DNA of 60,640 nucleotides, filler included, from Sphacelaria rigidula (taxonomy: Eukaryota), in NCBI GenBank assembly GCA_964200075.2. It is 7 parts of 7 records of this genome, joined end to end, with 100 filler letters (N's around TTAATTAATTAA, not from the genome) between each part and the next. Parts side by side here need not be neighbours in the genome. Positions count along the whole stretch, not along the records: positions 34,710 to 43,286 come from CAXNAA020010725.1; positions 43,387 to 51,963 come from CAXNAA020010726.1; positions 52,064 to 60,640 come from CAXNAA020010727.1; 4 more parts are not named here. One strand, 5' to 3'. This document shows, piece by piece, positions 39,130-60,640 of the stretch. The notes under the pieces were generated by a model. That model searched no databases. It saw nothing but the letters and a program-made list of their open reading frames with translations, and was not told the DNA's origin. Position 1 is the first letter of the stretch. Each line of letters opens with the position of its first letter. A program made the position numbers and the translations under genes.

Positions 39130-40239
39130 GGGTAATGCTATTTCCAAGTCGCGACTTGGAAATAGTCATGTCCACCACCAGCTGCGATTTGACTACCCAC
39201 CCGCGTTCGTCCCATATGCCTTGCATCGACACTACAGCACCTGCAATACACTCACACAGTCCATAGCCATAGTTCAAGCCATCGCCCGGAGAAAACGGCC
39301 TCGTAGCGAGCGAGAAACGCGCCTGCCGCACAACGCCAAAAAAATACCGCCACCCGACTGGAGGTGGACATAAGCTACCATGTACAAGTCGCGACCTGGA
39401 CATAGCTTATGTCCACCTCCAGCGATTGGAATACCTATCCGCGCTCGTCCCATTTGCCTTGCATCGACACTACAGCACCTGCAATACACTCACACAGTCC
39501 GAAGGCACCGTTCAAGCCATCGCCCGGAGCAAACGGCCTCGTAGCGGACGAGAAACGCGCCGGCTACACACAGTGCCAAAAAATACCGCCACCCGACTGG
39601 AGGTGGACATAAGCTATGTCCAAATCCAATGATTGAAAGACCTGTCTGCGCTTGTCCCATGTGCGTTGCATCGACACTACAACACCCGCAATACACTCAC
39701 ACAGCCCGCAACAATCGTTCAAGCCATCGTGGGGTGCAAACGGCGTCGTAGCGGACGAGGAACGCGCCTGCTGCACACAGTGCCAAAATACATCATCAAT
39801 ACTGCATCCGACTGTAGTTGGACATAGCTTTTGAAAAAATGCGACTTAGGCAAGTTGGACATGAGGTATGTTGGGTGAGGGCACGGGAGCACGTAATCAT
39901 GTGCTTGCGATTGATAGCGACTGCGTTGCAGGCAAGAGCGCCAGCAGGTGATTGCCTCTATTATAGTGTGTTTTTTTATCTTATCGAATTGACAATACCC
40001 GCGGTCGGAGATTCATAGCATCCAAACGGGTTAGCCACGTCTGCTGCCAACTATCGGGCCTTTTAAACCATCACTTGCACCGTGCGATGGCCTGAACGAT
40101 GGCTACGGACTGTGTGAGTGTATTGCAGGTGCTGTAGTGTCGATACAAGGCACATGGGACGAACGCGGGCGGGTAGTCAAATCGCAGCTGGTGGTGGACA
40201 TAACTATTTCCAAGTCGCGACTTGGAAATAGCATTACCC
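39130..40239. mobile_element. Complete non-autonomous Mutator-like (MULE) element, 1110 bp
   Basis: Exact 9-bp TSD GATAATATA (39121-39129, 40240-40248). ~156-bp TIRs starting GGGTAATGCTATTTCC. Three internal ~220-bp tandem units. Confidence 0.9.
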
Positions 40240-40833
40240 GATAATATATTTCGAACAACTTCGCCGATTCGAACCTGTTTCTTGGTGTTCGACCCGTCTG
40301 TTCAACGCTGTGAGGTGCACGTGGAGCGATTCACAACAACGACGCGCTGCTGAGAATAATCGACCGGCTCTCGAGAAAAATCGAGGGAATGATTTGAGTC
40401 TCGGAAATCAATGAATCAGGTGAGCGAAAATATCAGCTTGAAGCTGTGAGACGAACTTTCGCTTTAGTCACTGCACGAAGTTCATACTTCATATTTTTCA
40501 GCTAAACTCGGCGCGCTAGGTGCCTTGACCTGCCTCAAGGCACCTCCTTGCCCCCAAAAAGAACTCAGGCCCTCGTGTCACGAGCATCTTGTATCCATCA
40601 TAGCTATACACTCCTTCCGGCAATGCCATGCGACTTCTGCAGCAGCACAGAGTCCTTGAACTGAATATTGCGAACATGCACTGACACTTCGTCATCTCGG
40701 GGGATTTGCAGCGAAATGAGGCTCTTGTTATTTTCGAATTAGTACTGTTACGTATCTACTGTTCATCACATGTCAGCGGTATCTCTCATCCGCCGAGATG
40801 AATGCTGTTGTTGATGTAGTATTGATTTCACAC

Positions 40834-41009
40834 CTTGCCGTCCATAGCTGGTATACGCCGCCGGCGCCACCCTGCTCGGCCGGCAGGATGACCTTCATCA
40901 GATTGCCCGAGTCAAAATCGGACCTAAACGTGAGCGAGTTCACCACCGTCCTGATCTTGCCCGGCCCTGTCCATGTGCGACTCTCATCGCCGTCCACCTC
41001 GGAACTCAT
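40834..41009 (-). CDS. First exon of a cytosolic carboxypeptidase (Nna1/CCP, AGBL5-like tubulin deglutamylase); partial
   Basis: ATG at 41009; LTFRSDFDSGNLMKV...YQLWTAR matches the CCP N-terminal F.S.F(E/D)SGNL motif; GT donor at 40833. Confidence 0.7.
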
Positions 41010-42961
41010 GTTCTCACGGTGGTGCAGGAGAGAGCAATCGTTACAATCGTGACTCCGTTGCTAGTGTCATTGCGCAGGGCGCAATCTTTAGCATGACCTC
41101 AGCCGAGCTATCTGGCTCACCGCACCTGGCCATACATGCTACAACAACACAGTGTAACAGTGCAGTCCGTATTGTAGGGTTGAGTTGTTGCAATTGCTTG
41201 CGGGGGAAATGCTGCAAATTCGAAAAGGATACGGATACCGGACAGGACAGGACTGGACTGGACAGGTATAAACTGCTCTGTTGTGACGAGCGGCACTTCT
41301 CTTTGAGAGTTGGTATATACCAGTATAATACTTGAGGCGCCTTCATAGCAATAGGGTTCCACGATAGCACCCAGAGTATGGGCATCATATCTATATTCCA
41401 CGAGGTACCTGTTTCGGCGCCCGCCGTCTTCCGGCTCGCTGTTTGCTCATGGCAACAGTACGACACATGTGAAAGCACCATACATGGAAAATGACGCACA
41501 GTACAATTTGCGGACGAACCCGCGGACCGGTCTTGGTCGATCACTACTGCGTCGGTAGCGCTGTTGCGCGCACTGAGTCTCTGAGGGTGTATAGGTTTCG
41601 CTCGTTCTGCCTCTGTATGTTGGCTTTGATTCAGTCAGCTGTCGAAGCCGTGCGAAATTTTCGCTCGTGTGTTCCGTGATAGAGAAACTAGAAGCTACTC
41701 CGCATCAGGATTCGCTCACCTGCTGTAGTGTGTAGTCTACTGTACTGTAGAGTACCAAAGCACCAGCCGACAGTAACAGCGCTGGACTTGGCTGGGGAAT
41801 GGACGAAATATGGGCAAGAGGGCGAAAACACGTGAAGGTGTCTAAGCTGTATATGGCAGCTTTATTCCGTCGGGGACCGAGCATCTTCGTGGCGCTGGCT
41901 TGGTCTCAGGCAAGCAAGAGCGAGAAAGCGATATTGGCTATAATAGTAGCGCATGGTTCCGATTGTAGGACTACAGTACAGCTCCTTCGTTTTAAAATAC
42001 TGAGTAGATCGCACTGCGCGCAGAGGAGGTTTCTGAGGACTGCGACTACAAGCAGTACAGAAACCCGTACCATCTCAGCTTCCATAGCCACGGAGCTGCC
42101 GATCCGTGGAATCCGTGCAGCTAGGATGGCAGGTGTCGCGCGTGATTTAAGTTCAAGCGCTGCACCCAGCGACCAGCTGCGAACCCACGTTGCCTGGCAG
42201 CTGAATTCGCCTTCAGTATCTTTGACACGATCGCGATCTTCGCTCAGACGATCGATCAAGTCCCCCTTGGCGAAGCGCGCGAGAGACACAGGAAAATGGG
42301 TATTATTTTTCTAGACTACTCGGCTGTCACGCAGATGGGTAGGATTATCTCGCCACTGGAAATAAAGTCTAGTCGAGCCAGCAGATGAGTGACGCCCAAC
42401 AGGCACATGCTTGTTGGGCCCTGAGAGTCCCGCCCGGCACTCCCTGCCTGCCTCTTCGTGAGTCGTGCACGAGAATTTACTGAGCCGATATCAGGGCCCC
42501 TTGCCAAGTCTGCAGGCTCGCAACTTCCGAGATTTAGCCGCAGATACTTCTGCCCACTTTGAGCCCTCTTCCATGCGCACTTGGATACTGCATACTGCAT
42601 GCACTGTGCGGGGATTTGGCGACGTGTACGAGGGGGCAGCACACATCAAGTCCGCAGTTGAACGGAACACACGCTAGGTTCAGTGCTGTATGACACCAGC
42701 GGCACATCTTTGACCCCTCCCAGGTGTTTTTTTGTGTGTGTTTTCGCGTTTGATCCATGGAACTGATCGTACTGATGTTGTACACAAGATCCGCCCCCTG
42801 AAACACGTCACATTTCATGAACATAAAACACTACTGTCTCGCTATTGCGGTGATATTCCTCATGACGAAACTCGAAATTTACCCCCCTTGCAGGGCTATA
42901 ACAAGAAGGGCAAAACATCTCGGTGGGCTCATTCCAGCCTCTGATTATTTGCTACTGCCAG

Positions 42962-43186
42962 GTGTTTTGGTTGGTGCTGGAGGCATCTGCCGGAAACGAG
43001 GACTCCAGAGGGTACGTCCGCATCTCGAGCGTCGTGTGCTACGCTGTGGCGCTGCATATTTTGGCGCACTTCCTATTGCTCCGATGTCGCAAGCTCAGCC
43101 ACCATGCCTTCGAGTTCATTCTCGATCTCGCGACTGATGTCGTTGGCTTCGCGTGGATCAATGTCGCGGACGAAATGCTGGCACAG
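42962..43186 (+). CDS. Probable internal exon of an unidentified membrane protein
   Basis: AG/GT-bounded 225-nt open exon VFWLVLEASAG...SSVVCYAVALHILAHFLLL...FILDLATDVVGFAWINVADEMLAQ with hydrophobic stretches. Confidence 0.4.
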
Positions 43187-43286
43187 GTGATCGCTTTAAG
43201 CACAATTGTGCCCCCCACGTCGGTTAGACACCCATGAGGCAGTGTATAATCCGTGGCTGTCTCTGGAAGTGGCGATACCACAGAAT

Positions 43287-43386
43287 NNNNNNNNNNNNNN
43301 NNNNNNNNNNNNNNNNNNNNNNNNNNNNNNTTAATTAATTAANNNNNNNNNNNNNNNNNNNNNNNNNNNNNNNNNNNNNNNNNNNN
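43287..43386. other. Artificial contig linker
   Basis: Same 100-bp linker. Confidence 0.98.
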
Positions 43387-43449
43387 GGGCAACGGCTCAA
43401 AAGCCTTGGCTTTCATGACCAAAATTCACCCCCCCCCCCCCCCCCCCCC

Positions 43450-43575
43450 CCCCCCCGGGATCCAGCCGTGGTCACATGGTAGACGCACCCAGGAAAAAAT
43501 AAAACTGAAACACTCGCGGAAGAAAATGAAGGGAACGAAAAAAGTCGAACAAAATGACATGGTAGACTAAGATGT
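43450..43575 (-). mobile_element. SINE/LINE 3'-tail copy
   Basis: GGGGATCCAGCCGTGGTCACATGGTAGACGCACCCAGGAAAAAATAAAACTGAAAC, same family as 9725 and 44120. Confidence 0.65.
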
Positions 43576-43697
43576 GAAAAAAAAAAATGGAAAAAAAAGT
43601 CAACAAAAGCAAAGCACTAAAAATTCTTCATTTGCCCCTCCCTGCCTTCCCCACCTCTTGTTTTTTTGTTGTTTTGCCTTTTTTTTTCCGTTTTCAG

Positions 43698-51089
<7,392 letters not shown>

Positions 51090-51240
51090 GTCAGATACAC
51101 TACCGTAGGTCATGGTGCAAATCACCGCTGCGTATTGAGGTTTTTGTTGTACCAAGGGAGGGGATTCGGGTAGCTTACACCATGTTTCCGGGTCCAGCAC
51201 CGATGGGTACCGATATGAGTCCAGCAGAAGCAGAAAAATC

Positions 51241-51450
51241 CAAGGGCAGGTCGAGTAGAGTATACTCAATTGCGGGGTGTTTTAAAAGTCGTACTTAGAG
51301 TACACAAATTGAGGTTAGGGTTTCAGGGATCACTTTTCAGCTATTTTTTGGGCACGACTCCTAACGCTCTCCCCCAATTTGAGTACCTCAAGTACATCTT
51401 TCAAAATATTCCGCAACTGAGTATACTGTACTCTACTCGACCTGCCCTTG
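51241..51450. mobile_element. hAT-like MITE family 2, copy 2
   Basis: TIR CAAGGGCAGGTCGAGTAGAGTA / TACTCTACTCGACCTGCCCTTG; flanks GAAAAATC and GAAACATC (7/8, 8-bp TSD). Confidence 0.85.
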
Positions 51451-51963
51451 GAAACATCTCCACCGGGAGTATAGTTGAAGGGCATGGACCCAGCCGTAGC
51501 CTTTTCCACACTTCGCTCAATCTCAAGCAAATGACGCACCCTAGAGATTGCAGGGTATTGGTCAGGGACAAGGCGATGTTGCCTGTCACCAGGATCGGCA
51601 TTCTAATCGGATCACCGTGGTGGAAAATGATGTAAACGTATATACCCATCACTTCCTCTTGAGTACAAGCCCCCGATGATGGCGAATTTGGCGCGTTACG
51701 GGCACCTACAGTGGTGAACCGGGGGTACGTTGTCACCCTAATTGTCACCCCGACGGGGTGTACTACACTGTACCCTACCGTAGATTGGGTAGGAGGAACC
51801 CAACCAAATAATTCAAGGGTCGGACAAGCAATGATTCGTCTGGAAATTACTTGGTTCTAGTATAGTTGATTCGACTCGTACGAATCAATCCCTAGGCTTT
51901 GTTTTCAGCGTTGCAAATCAGATACACTCAGCCCAGACACGTGGAATGGCGCAAAAGTTGGGT

Positions 51964-52063
51964 NNNNNNNNNNNNNNNNNNNNNNNNNNNNNNNNNNNNN
52001 NNNNNNNTTAATTAATTAANNNNNNNNNNNNNNNNNNNNNNNNNNNNNNNNNNNNNNNNNNNN
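51964..52063. other. Artificial contig linker
   Basis: Same 100-bp linker. Confidence 0.98.
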
Positions 52064-52307
52064 TACGAAGATTTTAATCCTCCGGGTTCTCATCCTCAAT
52101 GAAAAGCACCATCCTCAACATAGATGATTGGCTGTTTTTACTTGAAAAATTATCGTGTTTTAGTGCCACCCAACAGCACCGCCCCGTTTTCACGTCGAAA
52201 TTATGATCGGATTTTCCTTTTCATCCTATTTTTTCATGTACGAGTAACTCTTATTTGATATCATTATTCTCCATTTGCTGCTTCCGTTCCTTTCCGTTGT
52301 TTATAGG

Positions 52308-52353
52308 TATATATATATATATATATATAGATAGATAGATAGATAGATAGATA
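52308..52353. repeat. (TA)n(GATA)n microsatellite
   Basis: Direct reading. Confidence 0.9.
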
Positions 52354-53817
52354 TCTGGGACATCAAGCACGAGTGAGTACAGCGTTCTGCGTGGGAACTG
52401 CACGTGGTGCGTGTGCAGTCTGCAAGGGTTTCGAAGACCGAGATGCGTAACTCGACATGGCAAGAGTAATCCCCCCCTTCCCCCGCCGTCCCACAGCACA
52501 CACACACAAATGTCGAAAGTGATACAGTATGGTGTGGACGACTGCCAGGATTATATACAACATGATGTGCCGGATCTCTTCTCTCTCGGCGCGTGGTCAC
52601 GTGAACGATGTTTCCTTCGTGGCATTGTGCTGAGGTTCGGTGGCTCGACCGTCGGTCGTTCATCTGTCATTCCATCACAGTTAGTTGTAGTACGTCGATT
52701 GATTGCTGTATATATATATGGCATGCCTGTATCCGCTACAAATAGCTGTTCAAGTAAATACGTTTTCGGTACTATATGAAGGGTGGACTTGATATATCAC
52801 CCGACCGGGGGGAGCTATCGCCAAATTCTCGTTCGGGCGCCTCAATCATTCGTCGTTAGACGTACCTCAACGATTCTCTGCCACAGCGGAGGGGGCGGGT
52901 TCACCTCAACCGACGTCGGTCGACTCAAATTCATTAATTATTTCGCATAGTTGATCCTATACTTTATAAGTGGTACAGTACGTCGTTTTCGAAACCCGAA
53001 GGAAGGTTGAACTTGACCCACCACCCAACACAGCACAGACAATGTAGACCGAGAACCGTTGGGCAATGGGGGTGTAGATTGTGGCCCACTCAAAAACAGC
53101 GTGCGTCCGTGATTTCCCCCCTGAAGATCCGAATCATGCGGGCATATGCCTGGGCATAGGCCTGGCAACCATGGAGTTAGGGTGACGGGTTCCGGTGCGC
53201 GAACTCGACGGCAACCAAGCGCGACGTCATACAACAGTTTGTATGTCCGACTATGATATGAACTCCCACGTCCCGCTCGACATCATAGAAACCACTGCGT
53301 CGAGACTTTCTCTGTAAAAATGGCTTCATGTACTTCACATAACCGCTTAGTTCCTGCTCGCCATGTACAGTGTATCTTGAAAGGCACTTCCAGAGACCAA
53401 ATACTCCAAGTCGAAGTATGAGAAAAATGGGTTCTATCTTTCTGATCACCCCTGGTGATATACCCCGTCATATTGTCGTCTTCGTGAGAAATCTAGAATC
53501 GAAAAACTACATAAAAATCCAAAAATAAAAAAAAAGATTGGTTCTTCGGATTTCGAGAACCGGTGCCAACACAGAACTCTGGGCTCTTTGCCCCTCACCC
53601 CCTTCCCACATCACTTCATCCTGCATCACCGGCGAGGGTGGTCCAGGACAAACGATTCAAAAGTCACAACAAGGCATACGACAAAAATAATAAGAACATC
53701 AACAGCAATACCCTGATCCTGAAGTCTAACTACAGCAGCAGTAGCCGGCGGCAATCGAGTGCCGTGTGTCTTCTGTGCTAGTGACTATCCGCTGATCGAT
53801 CTCCTTGAAACACAAGT

Positions 53818-59378
<5,561 letters not shown>

Positions 59379-59559
59379 ACCCACTCATCACCAACACCAA
59401 AAATATTGAGGAATGGAAGGGTAACAGGTCTATCAAGCGCCAGGAGCTGGTGCAAAGTGCAAAAATAAGGGGACCGTCGACGCTGAGGAGACGCACCCGC
59501 TGATGAAGGACGTTGTATATTTCTATTCCGAAGATCCGGGGCAAGCAGATTGTGAATCG

Positions 59560-60480
59560 TCGTGTCGATCCTCGTTTTCTTTGTGTCGGGCTGTACTCAT
59601 GTCGGGTTGGTGCGCCAGTGAAGGATAAGGCGGTGCTGATAGCGACTGCTTCGGAACCTTCAACACGGCGTATGAGTCTCGTTGGATGGAGAAAAAAAGG
59701 TTTCGAATATGTCGCATGTCCATCGTCCTTCTTCTCCAGGGGTATTAGTTGAGTAGAAGCCGGGGAAGGGTTGTGCGCGGAGGGAGGTGCTGATGATGAA
59801 TCTCTCGGAACTCACCAACACGACGTGTTCGTGGTGTGAGATGGAAACATTATTTCGAGCAGCCGTTGCCCTCTGCTCCAGGGGCACTTGTTGAGTCGAA
59901 ACCGGGTTGGGGTCTTGCGCGGGGGGCGGCGCTGATGCCGATTCTCTCGGAACCCACGATAACGACGTGTTGGTCTTGATGCATGGAAAAATTGTTTTGC
60001 GCAGCCGATGTCATCTGCTCCAGGGTCACTAGTTGGGTCGAAATCGGGGTCGAGTTGTGCGTGGAGGGCGGTGCTGGTGGGGCTCTGGGAACCCATCGAC
60101 GTGACGCATGCGTCTTGTCTGGAATGTCGTTCCGAGCCTGTCCATCCTCCCTCCGCGCACAACTCGAGCACCTTTTCCACCCGACTAGTATCTTCCGAGC
60201 AGAGGATGGTGGACATGCTTGGAACGACTTTTCATCCAAGAAGACTCATGCGTCGCGGTCATGGGTTCCGTGAGAGTCGGTTTCAGCACCGCCCTCCACG
60301 CAAAACTCTCGCGCGATTCGACCCAATACTGTCCCTGGAGCAGAGGGCAGTGTCAAAGCCAACTTTATCGGATCCCATCAACACGAGGCGCGTCAGTGTT
60401 GTTGGATTGAAATATCGTTTCGAGCAGCCCTATCGTCCTCTGCTCCAGGGACACCGGCGTGATTTTTCTAGCCCATGGGC
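59560..60480. repeat. Array of degenerate ~140-bp units in both orientations
   Basis: CT(G/T)CTCCAGGG...TTG.GT.GAA.CCGGG...GTGCTG.TG...CTCGGAAC.CA at ~59730, 59870 and 60015; inverted copy at ~60230-60350. Confidence 0.7.
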
Positions 60481-60594
60481 GTGGCTATCCGTTTTGTGAC
60501 ACGATCGAAGAAGTTTTTTTTGTGTAGAACATGGTATGAGCGAGTGACTGCAGGGGGCAAAGGCGGGTGCCATTATATTACCCCCAATTAGGGT

Positions 60595-60632
<38 letters not shown>

Positions 60633-60640
60633 GGACTCTC

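Noticed and set aside
39168..39830. Regularly spaced repeats resembling a CRISPR array
   Set aside because: Whole ~220-bp units are homologous with no unique spacers, they lie inside TIRs/TSD, and there are no cas genes.
41906..42289. Minus-strand exon-like ORF (GDLIDRLSEDRDRVK...)
   Set aside because: No recognisable family and no partner exons; cannot support a call.

Overview
Eukaryotic, intron-rich DNA, most consistent with a brown alga (Phaeophyceae, Ectocarpus-like). This is inferred from GT-AG gene structures, protein similarity and the repeat landscape. The window is not one locus: it is seven segments of 8577-8578 bp joined by identical 100-bp linkers (N44-TTAATTAATTAA-N44), so neighbourhood across linkers means nothing. 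Seg1: decayed intron-containing hAT transposon. Seg2: 5' exons of a plant-type CCR4/PDE12-like gene, with a tRNA-derived SINE, a MITE and a large foldback. Seg3: decayed PIF/Harbinger transposon (transposase plus a convergent Myb/SANT-like accessory gene carrying an unusual duplicated HTH-like domain) and a Ty3/gypsy remnant. Seg4: an isolated CYP74-clan-like P450 exon and a Copia remnant. Seg5: first exon of a cytosolic carboxypeptidase, a complete non-autonomous Mutator-like element with a 9-bp TSD, and other MITEs. Seg6: five exons of DNA topoisomerase III alpha with MITE- and SINE-filled introns. Seg7: a complete six-exon NBR1-like selective-autophagy receptor (PB1-polyQ-ZZ-FW-LIR-UBA). 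I see no CRISPR array, rRNA or prokaryote-type system. The best novelty candidates are transposon-borne. All family assignments come from motif recognition by eye; no database search was run.
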